Part shown: positions 37,040-46,590 of the stretch, piece after piece
How positions within the stretch are numbered: the stretch's first letter is position 1
How the letters are laid out: each line of letters opens with the position of its first letter
Virus record (IMG/VR): IMGVR_UViG_3300030329_005371
Coordinates: 1 to 64,000 of that record
Length of the DNA: 64,000 nt
Direction: 5' to 3' (one strand)
Origin: a virus
Notes under the pieces: model-generated
Told to the model about the DNA's origin: nothing
The model's input: only the letters and a program-made list of their open reading frames with translations
Database searches by the model: none
Made by a program: the position numbers and the translations under genes

Positions 37040-37115
37040 GCCACTTTAGCTCAGTTGGTAGAGCAGCTGATTTGTAATCAGCAGGTCGTAGGTTCGACTC
37101 CTATAAGTGGCTCCA
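37040..37115 (+). tRNA. tRNA-Thr(UGU)
   Basis: Full cloverleaf GCCACTT/AAGTGGC, anticodon TGT, TTCGA loop, encoded CCA. Confidence 0.97.
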
Positions 37116-37128
37116 CATTAAGGGCGTT

Positions 37129-37680
37129 ATGAATCCAAAGTTCATCATTTTTACTGGACCAATGTTTGGATCAAAGACCACCCGTTTGTTCGCGGCTTTA
37201 GATCGCTATAAGTACCAGAAACGTAATATTATTGCGTTTAAGCCCGGCATCGATGATCGTTATTGTGAAACTAGTATCGTCACGCATTCAGGAGCATCAA
37301 TGCCCGCACGTGTAGTTAATAGCGGAATGGAAATACATCAATATATAACTCATCATGATGAATATGATGTTATTGCTGTAGATGAGGCTTTTATGATACC
37401 TGGGACGTCCTGGGTGCTGATTGACTTGTTTAAAAAAGGTAAAACGATTGTAGTATCGTCTTTAGATTTATCTGCGACTGGAAAGGCATTTGACGAGATT
37501 GAGGCCATGTTTCCGTGGGCAACACATATCGAAAAGTGTCCTGCTGTCTGTACAGTCTGTGGGCAAGACGCTTATTACACACAAAAAAAAGTAGAAGATA
37601 TTGCTGAGATAACAGTTGGAGGCGCCGAACTTTATGAGCCTCGTTGTTGGAAGCACCATAGTTACTTTAATGAAATATAA
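37129..37680 (+). CDS. tdk: Thymidine kinase
   Basis: GPMFGSKT, IDDRY, VDEAF, AVCTVC, VGGAELYEPRC. Confidence 0.92.
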   Translation: MNPKFIIFTGPMFGSKTTRLFAALDRYKYQKRNIIAFKPGIDDRYCETSIVTHSGASMPARVVNSGMEIHQYITHHDEYDVIAVDEAFMIPGTSWVLIDLFKKGKTIVVSSLDLSATGKAFDEIEAMFPWATHIEKCPAVCTVCGQDAYYTQKKVEDIAEITVGGAELYEPRCWKHHSYFNEI

Positions 37681-37957
37681 AGTGGGTGATATAGTTCTGG
37701 TTAGATCCAGCGCCGGCGAAGCAATACCTCGATTTCACGTTAAGCTTATTGAGCGTATTGTTAGAAATCCGCCGAAGGATCCTAGTTATGTTATTTGGCG
37801 CGCCCACTTGACACGCCAGCGTGAAGCGACTATACTACGAAAGGAATGGCATATCCCATTTAAATTTCCTGACGAAATTGAAACTTTTGTATTAGAAAAA
37901 AATATAATCAGAAAAGAAAGAAATACTAAGAAAAGAAAGAACAAGAGAAGGACTTAG
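37670..37957 (+). CDS. SH3-like protein
   Basis: MKYKVGDIVLV. Confidence 0.55.
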   Translation: MKYKVGDIVLVRSSAGEAIPRFHVKLIERIVRNPPKDPSYVIWRAHLTRQREATILRKEWHIPFKFPDEIETFVLEKNIIRKERNTKKRKNKRRT

Positions 37958-37986
37958 TATTATCTAAACCAACTATTTAAAAACAG

Positions 37987-39321
37987 ATGGCTAAGAAAAA
38001 TTATTTATTAGACACAAGTGTTTATCTAACGGATGCAGATGCGATATTCCGTTTTGAAAATCATGATATTTTTATTCCCCTTAAAGTACTTGAGGAGATT
38101 GATAAACATAAAAAGCGCCAAGATTCAGTGGGATCTAACGCTCGTCGCATAATTCGAATTCTTGATGATTTAAGAGCATCGGGAGATCTCCAAAAGGGTG
38201 TGCGATTAGGAAAAGGAAAAGGTATTCTTAAAGTAATGTCATATGCTTCTCTTACTGGATCTATATTTCCTCCTGATTTGGATATTAGGGTACCTGATCA
38301 TGTTATTCTTGCTACTGCTAAAGCGGTTCAACAAGAGCAGCCTAACAGAAAGATGATTGTTGTTTCTCGGGATATTAATATGCGCGTAATTTGCGATTCT
38401 ATTGGAATGTTGGCAGAAGATTACATTACAGAAAAAGCTGCCGAATCATCGGATCAACTTTATAGTGGGTTTGTTGAGCACTTGGTAGATGATCAGGTCA
38501 TTGATAGGTTTTATGACGGAGAAGATATTCTTATTGAAGAAGACGAAGTGGAGGAATTGTGGAATCCAAATCAGTTTCTCATGATGGTATCTAATGCCAA
38601 TGAGAAAAAAACCGCATTAGCTCGTTTTAGTAGCCATCATGCGCCCTTAAAAAAGATTATACATGATAGACTTCCTGATTGGAAAATTAATTCTAGAAAC
38701 AAGGAGCAAGCCTTCGCGATGGATTTACTGATGGATCCTAGTGTTAAAATTGTTTCATTAATTGGTAGAGCCGGCTCTGGAAAAACATTAATGGCCATTG
38801 CGGCTGGTTTACAGCAAACTATTGGCTTGCGCTCTGAAAATAATCACTATTCTAGACTTATAGTTTCTAGACCCGTTCAGCCGCTCGGAAAAGATATTGG
38901 TTTTTTACCAGGAACAATGGAAGAAAAGATGCTTCCTTGGCTTATGCCCATTCAAGATAATTTGAAATTTCTTATGGGCGATCGCACATCCTTAGAAATG
39001 TATATGGAGAAGGGTAAAATTGAGATTGAGGCTCTTACATATATTCGCGGCCGCTCGATTGCGAACGCATTTGTTGTAATAGACGAGGCTCAAAATTTAA
39101 CAAAACACGAAATTAAGACTATTATTACTCGTATCGGAGATGGAACGAAGATTATTTTAACAGGAGATATTGAACAAATTGACAATATTTATGTTAATGA
39201 AACTTCAAATGGCTTAGCGCATGCTGTAGAAAATTTTAAACAATATCCCATCGCTGGCCACGTTACGTTTAAGAAAGGAGAGCGCTCTGAATTGGCTACG
39301 CTAGCCTCAAAAGTTTTATAG
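37987..39321 (+). CDS. phoH: PIN-domain PhoH-family ATPase (PhoH2/YlaK-like)
   Basis: LDTSV PIN start, GRAGSGKT, IGFLPG...EK, YIRGRS, DEAQN, GD..QID. Confidence 0.92.
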   Translation: MAKKNYLLDTSVYLTDADAIFRFENHDIFIPLKVLEEIDKHKKRQDSVGSNARRIIRILDDLRASGDLQKGVRLGKGKGILKVMSYASLTGSIFPPDLDIRVPDHVILATAKAVQQEQPNRKMIVVSRDINMRVICDSIGMLAEDYITEKAAESSDQLYSGFVEHLVDDQVIDRFYDGEDILIEEDEVEELWNPNQFLMMVSNANEKKTALARFSSHHAPLKKIIHDRLPDWKINSRNKEQAFAMDLLMDPSVKIVSLIGRAGSGKTLMAIAAGLQQTIGLRSENNHYSRLIVSRPVQPLGKDIGFLPGTMEEKMLPWLMPIQDNLKFLMGDRTSLEMYMEKGKIEIEALTYIRGRSIANAFVVIDEAQNLTKHEIKTIITRIGDGTKIILTGDIEQIDNIYVNETSNGLAHAVENFKQYPIAGHVTFKKGERSELATLASKVL

Positions 39322-39354
39322 CCGACAAATATTTATTTAATAAGGAATTAAGAT

Positions 39355-39663
39355 ATGCCCGAAAAAACTACAGAAAAAGTAATCACAGAAGAAGAAGTTC
39401 ACACCAACCCTATGTTAGCAATGCCAGTTGTTCCTGATTCTAAATTAAAAAGCTTTTTGGTTGATTATGTGGGAGAAAAGTTGGCTCCCGACAATGAAGA
39501 AGTAACTGTTAATATGATCGCAGAAGTTTTAGCTACGGATTTCCCAGAGTTTACTTTTGCGTTTGCCGAAGAAAATTTTCTTCGTGGATATCAATTAGGA
39601 CTAGACGATGCTCAAAGCTTACATCCAGCAGAAACAGAGCAAACTGTTGGAACAACAGACTGA
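39355..39663 (+). CDS. Hypothetical protein
   Basis: AAGGA RBS. Confidence 0.65.
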   Translation: MPEKTTEKVITEEEVHTNPMLAMPVVPDSKLKSFLVDYVGEKLAPDNEEVTVNMIAEVLATDFPEFTFAFAEENFLRGYQLGLDDAQSLHPAETEQTVGTTD

Positions 39664-40303
39664 TTTTTATACCTCTACAGGTTTACATGTTTTTTTTAAA
39701 GAACCTGTTGAAAATGTAGATGTAGAAAAAGTAATTGCCAAAGTAGAATCAACACTGCCTGCTCATTTAATATCTGAAATTGAGATGATTATATTTGGGT
39801 GGTTTGATGAGTTTGAAGAAAGAAGCTTAAATGCTTTTTATGACGGAGGCACATTATATATCTCCAATATTCAAGATGACGCATCGGACTTATATGACGA
39901 TATAATTCACGAAATATCTCACTCGCTAGAAGAGCCTCATGGCTATTTTCTTTATGGCGATAAAAAGATTGAAAATGAATTCTTAAGAAAACGCAAATAT
40001 GCTCACGATATGCTATGGAAAATGGGATACAAGATTCCTTTATCTGTTTTTATGAATCCGGAATATAATGAAGAATTGGATATGTTTTTATATGAAAAGG
40101 TTGGCTATGACAAATTAGGCCCTATTCTTACTGGTGCTTTTCTCACTCCATATGCGATTACATCTCTGAGAGAATATTTTGCCACCGGATTTACGGAATT
40201 TTATCTTCATCCCGAAGAGCATGATTTTTTTAAAAAGGTGAGCCCCGAACTTTATAAAAAATTAGTTTTACTCCATGATCCAGAAAAACTTGACAACCAG
40301 TAA
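39608..40303 (+). CDS. Zincin-like HExxH protein
   Basis: IIHEISHSLE ... REYFA. Confidence 0.6.
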   Translation: MLKAYIQQKQSKLLEQQTDFYTSTGLHVFFKEPVENVDVEKVIAKVESTLPAHLISEIEMIIFGWFDEFEERSLNAFYDGGTLYISNIQDDASDLYDDIIHEISHSLEEPHGYFLYGDKKIENEFLRKRKYAHDMLWKMGYKIPLSVFMNPEYNEELDMFLYEKVGYDKLGPILTGAFLTPYAITSLREYFATGFTEFYLHPEEHDFFKKVSPELYKKLVLLHDPEKLDNQ

Positions 40304-40318
40304 AAAAGTGGTTATAAT
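40290..40318 (+). promoter_or_regulatory. Perfect sigma70 consensus promoter heading the nuclease/glycan operon
   Basis: TTGACA-17-TATAAT. Confidence 0.85.
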
Positions 40319-40340
40319 ATAGTATAAATCTGGAGGGATT

Positions 40341-41105
40341 TTGCCACATATTTCATATTCGGAACTCAAAGATTGGGTAACTTGCGCGTTTTATCATAAA
40401 CTTACGCGTATTGATAAGCTCAAGGGATTTAAAGGAAACGAGTTTACCGCATTCGGATCAGCTATTCACGCTGTATGCGAGAAAAAACTATTAAAAGAGG
40501 ACATTGACGATGAAAGATTTTTTGTTCGTAGCTTTAATGATCATATTACTGACCTCGGAGACGATGTGCCTGTGGATAGCGGATTGGTTGATCAAATGGT
40601 GGGACAGGGGAAAGCTTTACTACCAGAAATCGAAGAAGCAGTCGCAGAATACTTCGGAGAATACAACGTCGAAGCAGTAGAATTAAAGCTTTATGAACCA
40701 ATATCAGGCGAAGAAGACTATATGTTCAAAGGCTATATCGATGCGATTGTCTCTACGCCAGATGGAAAGGTTCATATTTTTGATTGGAAGACTTGTTCTT
40801 GGGGCTGGGACTCTCGCCGTCGCAGCGAGAAGATGACAACTTATCAACTTACACTCTATAAGCATTTCTTTGCTCAAAAAATGGAGGTCGATCCAAAGAG
40901 CATCGAAACTCACTTTGCTCTTCTTAAAAGAACAGCAAAGAAAAATAGGGTAGAACTATTTAGGGTGACGAGCGGCCCAAGAAAAACCGAAAACGCTCTT
41001 AAATTATTGCACAAAGCATTATACAATATCAAAAATAAGCGATACATTAAGAACAGGCTCTCATGTGAGCGATGTACGTTTAGGCACACAAAAGAATGTC
41101 CATGA
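40341..41105 (+). CDS. PD-(D/E)XK Cas4/RecB-like exonuclease
   Basis: SYS...C, FGSAIH, GYIDA, DWKT, QL.LY, CERC..C. Confidence 0.85.
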   Translation: MPHISYSELKDWVTCAFYHKLTRIDKLKGFKGNEFTAFGSAIHAVCEKKLLKEDIDDERFFVRSFNDHITDLGDDVPVDSGLVDQMVGQGKALLPEIEEAVAEYFGEYNVEAVELKLYEPISGEEDYMFKGYIDAIVSTPDGKVHIFDWKTCSWGWDSRRRSEKMTTYQLTLYKHFFAQKMEVDPKSIETHFALLKRTAKKNRVELFRVTSGPRKTENALKLLHKALYNIKNKRYIKNRLSCERCTFRHTKECP

Positions 41106-41112
41106 GGAATAA

Positions 41113-42399
41113 ATGACAAAAAAGAAAATAATGGTCATCGCAGACCATCCACTATCGCCTTCCGGCGTTGGTACCCAGACAAGGTACTTTATTGAAGCTC
41201 TCTTAAACACTGATAGATATAAATTTATTTGTTTAGGAGGAGCATTACAGCATCAGGATTATAGACCGCAGAGAGTCGCTCCATTTGAAGATGATTGGGT
41301 AATATATCCAGTCGAAGGATATGGTAATGACGAAATGATTCGCTCTATTCTTCGCAAAGAAAAGCCTGACGTGCTTTGGTTTATGACAGATCCCAGGTTC
41401 TATGGATGGCTGTGGGAAATTGAAAATGAAGTAAGAGTAAATGTCCCCATGATCTATTATCATGTGTGGGATAATTTTCCGGCTCCTTATTATAATGCTC
41501 CATTTTATAATTCTAATGATAAAGTTGTAGCTATTTCAAAAGTCACACACGAAATTGTTAAAACTGTCGCGCCTGATGTGGCGTGTGAATATCTACCACA
41601 CGCAGTTGATCCTCAATATTTTAAGCCTGCGAAAGGTGGCGAAGCCGAAAGAAAAGTCGAAGCTGTAAAGAAAGCATTGCTAGAGAAAAATAGTGCGATT
41701 ACTGCCAATCCCAAAAAGAAGATATTTTTCTGGAACAGCAGAAACGCTCGCAGAAAGCAAAGCGGTACGGTGATTTGGTGGTTTAAGGAATTTCTAGATG
41801 AAGTAGGGCACGATAAAGCATGCTTGTTAATGCATACAGATGCTAGAGATCCTCACGGGCAAGACTTGCCCCATCTTATTGAGCACTTGGGAGTCAATGA
41901 AGGTCAGATATTTTTATCTACCAACAAGGTCCCTGCCGAAGATATGGCGGCTATGTACAACGCATGTGATTATACAATTAATATTTCAGATGCGGAAGGT
42001 TTTGGTCTCTCCGCATTAGAGTCATTAAGTTGTGGTGTGCCTGTTATAGTAACCATGACAGGAGGTCTTCAAGAGCAAGTAACAGATGGCAAAGACTGGT
42101 TTGGCTATGGAATCCAGCCCGCCTCTAGATCAATTATAGGCTCCCTTCAGGTTCCATATATTTATGAAGATCGTATTTCTAAAGAAGATTTTATATCCAC
42201 TCTCAAAAAGGCTCTTAATTTAAGTCCAAAGGCATACAAGAATTTGTCCAAAAAGGGACTTAAACATGTGGAGGAGAATTACAATTTTCAAACTTATAAA
42301 AAGAGATGGATAGAAATTATGGATAATTTAATTGAAGAACATGGCTCTTGGAGCGAAAGAAAAAATTATACTCGCTGGCATTTAATGGAGGTAGCGTGA
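41113..42399 (+). CDS. GT-B glycosyltransferase (GT4-like)
   Basis: RNARRK, AEGFGLSALESLSCG.P. Confidence 0.9.
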   Translation: MTKKKIMVIADHPLSPSGVGTQTRYFIEALLNTDRYKFICLGGALQHQDYRPQRVAPFEDDWVIYPVEGYGNDEMIRSILRKEKPDVLWFMTDPRFYGWLWEIENEVRVNVPMIYYHVWDNFPAPYYNAPFYNSNDKVVAISKVTHEIVKTVAPDVACEYLPHAVDPQYFKPAKGGEAERKVEAVKKALLEKNSAITANPKKKIFFWNSRNARRKQSGTVIWWFKEFLDEVGHDKACLLMHTDARDPHGQDLPHLIEHLGVNEGQIFLSTNKVPAEDMAAMYNACDYTINISDAEGFGLSALESLSCGVPVIVTMTGGLQEQVTDGKDWFGYGIQPASRSIIGSLQVPYIYEDRISKEDFISTLKKALNLSPKAYKNLSKKGLKHVEENYNFQTYKKRWIEIMDNLIEEHGSWSERKNYTRWHLMEVA

Positions 42400-43646
42400 A
42401 AAAGAAAATTTTATTAAAAGGACCCCTTCTGACGCGTTCGGGTTATGGAGAACAAGCGCGCTTTGCGCTTAGAGCGCTCAGAAGTAAGCCAGACTTATTT
42501 GATGTCTATATACAGCCATTAAGATGGGGCGCCACATCTTGGTTATTTGAAGATAACGAAGAACGCGAGTGGATCGATCAAGCAATAGAAAAGACTATCG
42601 GGTTTATTCAGCAGGGGGGCCAATTTGACATCTCTCTCCAGGTTACCATTCCTAATGAATGGGAAAAATTGGCTCCTTACAATGTAGGATATACTGCTGG
42701 TTTGGAGGCCACGCGAGTTCCTCCGGTATGGATAGAAAAGCTTAATTCAATGGATAAGGTGATTACGATCTCTTCTTTTTCAAAAGATATCTTTGAATCA
42801 TCCACCTACGAAGGCACTCACTCTGAAACAGGCCAGCAAGTACAGCTAGTCCCCAACACACCAATTTCAGTAGTAGGCTATCCTGTAAAGACGCATTCTG
42901 CGACACCTCCGTTGGATTTAGATCTAAAGTATGATTTTAATTTTCTCAGTATTGCTCAATTTGCTGTAAGAAAAAACATTGAGCAAACTATAAAATGGTT
43001 TATGCAAGAATTCCGTGATGATGAGGTTGGCTTAGTATTAAAAACTAATCTAGCGAAAAACTGTTTGATGGATCGAGAAGCTACCTTAAACAAGCTTAAG
43101 CAGCTTGTCTCGTCTCTAAGTGACGGCGCCAAATGTAAACTTTATTTATTACACGGAGATATGACCGATGAAGAGATTCATTCACTTTATTGTCATCCTA
43201 AATTAAAGGCTCTGATTGCGTTGCCTCATGGAGAAGGATTCGGGCTTCCTATATTTGAAGCAGCATATTCTGGCATGCCGATTGTTGCCACTGGGTGGTC
43301 TGGCCAGCTAGATTATCTGGTAGACGAAAATAAAAAAGAGCAATTTTACAATGTAAGTTATGATATCCAACCTATTCAAGAAAAAGCTGTCTGGGACGGT
43401 GTGCTCATGAAAGAAGCGATGTGGGCATATGCCAAGGAGTCTTCCGCTAAAACACAGATGAGAAGATGTTACGAGGAAGTAATAGAAAATACTGGCTTAG
43501 CCGCAAAAAGTTGTGCGTATGCTGAACAATTGAAAGAGCGCTTCAGTGAAGAAAAAATGTTTTCATTATTTACCGAAGCAGTACACCGGCAAGATCCTGA
43601 AATTGATGCGTGGTTAGCTAAACTTGAAGCAATTGAAGAGTTATGA
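42396..43646 (+). CDS. GT-B glycosyltransferase (GT4-like)
   Basis: SGYG, RKN, GEGFGLPIFEAA. Confidence 0.9.
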   Translation: MKKKILLKGPLLTRSGYGEQARFALRALRSKPDLFDVYIQPLRWGATSWLFEDNEEREWIDQAIEKTIGFIQQGGQFDISLQVTIPNEWEKLAPYNVGYTAGLEATRVPPVWIEKLNSMDKVITISSFSKDIFESSTYEGTHSETGQQVQLVPNTPISVVGYPVKTHSATPPLDLDLKYDFNFLSIAQFAVRKNIEQTIKWFMQEFRDDEVGLVLKTNLAKNCLMDREATLNKLKQLVSSLSDGAKCKLYLLHGDMTDEEIHSLYCHPKLKALIALPHGEGFGLPIFEAAYSGMPIVATGWSGQLDYLVDENKKEQFYNVSYDIQPIQEKAVWDGVLMKEAMWAYAKESSAKTQMRRCYEEVIENTGLAAKSCAYAEQLKERFSEEKMFSLFTEAVHRQDPEIDAWLAKLEAIEEL

Positions 43647-44338
43647 TAGATTTTTTGCCTTACGTAGAAGAATTTAAAAAAGCAATAACCAGCACATGGC
43701 TTACACCGCGCGGCATTATGTTTAGTGAGGGTTTTGCGTTAGTTAGCTTGATGAAGCATTTTGACATAGATCTGATGATTGAGTCGGGGGTGGCATATGG
43801 AGGATCAACCGAAATGATGGCCCTCGCGACACAGAAACCAATTGTTGGGATTGATACATTTACTTGTTATGATGATTCATATGTATATGCCAAGAATCGA
43901 TTAGCTAAATATAAGAATGTGTTGTTAATAAAAGGCGACAGTTTTGATAAACTTCCTGGGATTTTAAATACTTTTACTGGCAACAAAATTGGAATTTTCA
44001 TTGATGGGCCAAAAGGCGAGATGGCTATAGATATGTCTCGCCAATTGTATGAGGGAGATCATAGAATTAAGTTTATATGTATCCACGATCTTTGCCATGG
44101 AACTCCAGAAGCTGAAAAATGCGCGCGGATTTTTGATGATATAATTTTTACAGATGAGCCTGCTGGCTACTTTGCTGAAGCCCGAGAACAAATTGACTCG
44201 CATATGCTTAAGATAAATAAACAATTATGTGAGGAAAGCAAATCTTCTTTAAATCCGGCTCAGGGATTGGGATATTTACAGACTTCATTAAGAGAGTATC
44301 CTTATGGCTTTGGAATGGCAATTATAGTAAGAACATGA
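43643..44338 (+). CDS. Class I SAM methyltransferase-like
   Basis: IESGVAYGGS, GDS, IFIDG, IHD. Confidence 0.7.
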   Translation: MIDFLPYVEEFKKAITSTWLTPRGIMFSEGFALVSLMKHFDIDLMIESGVAYGGSTEMMALATQKPIVGIDTFTCYDDSYVYAKNRLAKYKNVLLIKGDSFDKLPGILNTFTGNKIGIFIDGPKGEMAIDMSRQLYEGDHRIKFICIHDLCHGTPEAEKCARIFDDIIFTDEPAGYFAEAREQIDSHMLKINKQLCEESKSSLNPAQGLGYLQTSLREYPYGFGMAIIVRT

Positions 44339-45189
44339 CTAAAAAAGTTATCTTTATTGCTGACGCGTTCGCTCATCAGCACACTGGTGGCGCCGAACTA
44401 CATGATGCTGTTGTGATTGATTTTTTTCAGACGAAGAATATTTTACATGATGTTAAAAACACTTCTCTTATTACTGTAGATTATATTAAGAAAAATACTG
44501 ATAAAATATGGTTTATCTCAAATTTTGTTGCGCTAAAAAATGTGTGTAAAGCGTTATTGGCTAAAGAGTGTGAGTACTATATCTACGAACATGACTATAA
44601 ATTTTCTAAAGTACGAAATCCTATAAACTTTCCAGATTTTTTGTGCCCCAAAAGCGATCTTATGAATCTTAATTTCTACGCTGCTGCAAAAAAAGTAATA
44701 TGTTTAAGCAAGATGCACCGAGAAATTTTTGATAAAAACTTACACCTACCTAATATTGTCAATATTAATTGTAGTATGTGGTCGGATAGTCAGCTCGATC
44801 TGTTTAAGAGGCTTCAAAAGCCGCATAAGAATGGAAAATTTGCCGTCATTAAAACCGGCAACCCCACCAAAAGAATGCCTCAAGCAATTGAATTTTGTAG
44901 GGCCCGGAACATTCCTTTTGATCTGATAGCATCTCAAAACTATGAAGAATTTATTGACATATTGTCAAACTATAGAGGTCTTGCTTTTATGACTGGGCAC
45001 CCCGAACCCACTCCTCGTGTAGCTATTGAGGCCAAAATGCTAAATTGTAAATTTATAGCGCCCAAACACTTGATTAGCGTGGCTCATGAGGATTATTTTC
45101 ACTTACAAGGTCTTCATATGATAGAAGAAGTAAAGAAAATGCGAGATGTTGCATTAAATCGTTTTATGGGCTGGTTTGATGAGACATAA
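44335..45189 (+). CDS. GT-B glycosyltransferase-like
   Basis: GGAE, HD, EP.PRVAIEAKML.C. Confidence 0.65.
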   Translation: MTKKVIFIADAFAHQHTGGAELHDAVVIDFFQTKNILHDVKNTSLITVDYIKKNTDKIWFISNFVALKNVCKALLAKECEYYIYEHDYKFSKVRNPINFPDFLCPKSDLMNLNFYAAAKKVICLSKMHREIFDKNLHLPNIVNINCSMWSDSQLDLFKRLQKPHKNGKFAVIKTGNPTKRMPQAIEFCRARNIPFDLIASQNYEEFIDILSNYRGLAFMTGHPEPTPRVAIEAKMLNCKFIAPKHLISVAHEDYFHLQGLHMIEEVKKMRDVALNRFMGWFDET

Positions 45190-45883
45190 CATTCTAACTG
45201 TGGCTAATGAAGATTATCGTTCTTTTTTGATATTATTTGTTAATTCTCTTTTTGAATTTGGCAATTTAAGCGAAACTGAAAAGATATATGTATTCGATAC
45301 AGGCCTTAGTCAAGAAACCCGTGATTATCTTTTGTGTTTTCCTAAGATAGAAATTCGAAATGCTGGATTTACAGCTCAATCAGACGCTATACATGATTCT
45401 GGATGGAAGCGCAATACTTATTCTAAGACTAAATTTTTGAAAGATATATTAACAAATACTCAACTTCCTACATTTATGATTGATGCCGATTGTATTTTTA
45501 TTCAAGATTTTTTAGACTTGATAGATGAAAAGTGTGATATAATAGGATGTGAGCGACAACGAGAAGGATTTTCTAAATATATTGGCTCTTTTTTTGGAGC
45601 CATTAATGTTGAGCAATCAATTAAGTTTATAGATTTGTGGATAAAAAATATTCAAATATTACAAGACACCACGGCGCTTAAACATTGTGAAAGCCCTGCT
45701 TTGGCTAAAACTATCGAGGAATATGATTTTAAAGTTCAAGACTTAAAAGAGCAAATAGTATCGGCGGTATTTCCTTCACAAGAATCACGCATAATACATC
45801 TTAAGTCTGATCACTATGCGCTGACAGTACAAGATCGACTAAATCTTCAACATGCGCAAGAATTTGTAAAAAGGTACTTATAA
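45179..45883 (+). CDS. GT-A nucleotide-diphospho-sugar transferase-like
   Basis: FDTGL, K, IDADC DxD, IIH. Confidence 0.6.
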   Translation: MRHNILTVANEDYRSFLILFVNSLFEFGNLSETEKIYVFDTGLSQETRDYLLCFPKIEIRNAGFTAQSDAIHDSGWKRNTYSKTKFLKDILTNTQLPTFMIDADCIFIQDFLDLIDEKCDIIGCERQREGFSKYIGSFFGAINVEQSIKFIDLWIKNIQILQDTTALKHCESPALAKTIEEYDFKVQDLKEQIVSAVFPSQESRIIHLKSDHYALTVQDRLNLQHAQEFVKRYL

Positions 45884-46590
45884 TGTTATTGTCAGTAGTA
45901 ATCTCAACGTATAATAGATCAGATGTACTGAAACAAAATTTAGATCACTTTAAGAATCAGACTGATATGGAATTCGAAATAGTGGTAGGTATTGATGGTT
46001 CGACCGACGATACAATACAAATGTTGAATTCTTATCAGGGCCCATTTAGTTTACGCTGGATCAATACCGGTGAAACTGAAAAATACTGTTTAGCAAAAGT
46101 TCGCAACATGGCTATTGTTGAAACTGTAGGACAAGCCGTTGTTATTTTGGATGATGATAGCTTTCCGACTCCTGAGTTTATAGCAGCGCACAAAAGCTCT
46201 GCGCAAAGAGGAGTTATTACAGGTGGATATAGAAACTCTCACGATCCTAAAGACTCGCTACATCCAAAGATGAAACGTACGCTTTTAAAATATGGAATCA
46301 ATAAACTAAACCCAATCACTGAAAGAATAGTAGAAAATAATGCCTGTATGATGCGGTCAGATTTGATTGGCTGCGGCATGTTTTCTGAAAGATTTGAAGG
46401 ATACGGCGGCTGTGGTCAAGAGTTTATATGGAGATTGGCCTATCAAGGCTACCAATATAAATTTAATCCCGAAGCAATGATCTATCACCACCGCGAATTC
46501 GAGGGAGACAATGGTCTAACAAGAGAGATAAAAGATCAACAGGCCATGGAGATGTCTAAAATGATTTATAAACACTGCGGGAATTTTTAA
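45883..46590 (+). CDS. GT2 glycosyltransferase
   Basis: SVVISTYNR, DGSTD, RN, LDDD, F.GYG. Confidence 0.9.
   Translation: MLLSVVISTYNRSDVLKQNLDHFKNQTDMEFEIVVGIDGSTDDTIQMLNSYQGPFSLRWINTGETEKYCLAKVRNMAIVETVGQAVVILDDDSFPTPEFIAAHKSSAQRGVITGGYRNSHDPKDSLHPKMKRTLLKYGINKLNPITERIVENNACMMRSDLIGCGMFSERFEGYGGCGQEFIWRLAYQGYQYKFNPEAMIYHHREFEGDNGLTREIKDQQAMEMSKMIYKHCGNF

Noticed and set aside
40341-41105. Cas4-like nuclease as part of CRISPR-Cas
   Set aside because: No array or other cas genes; stand-alone Cas4-like nucleases are common in phages.
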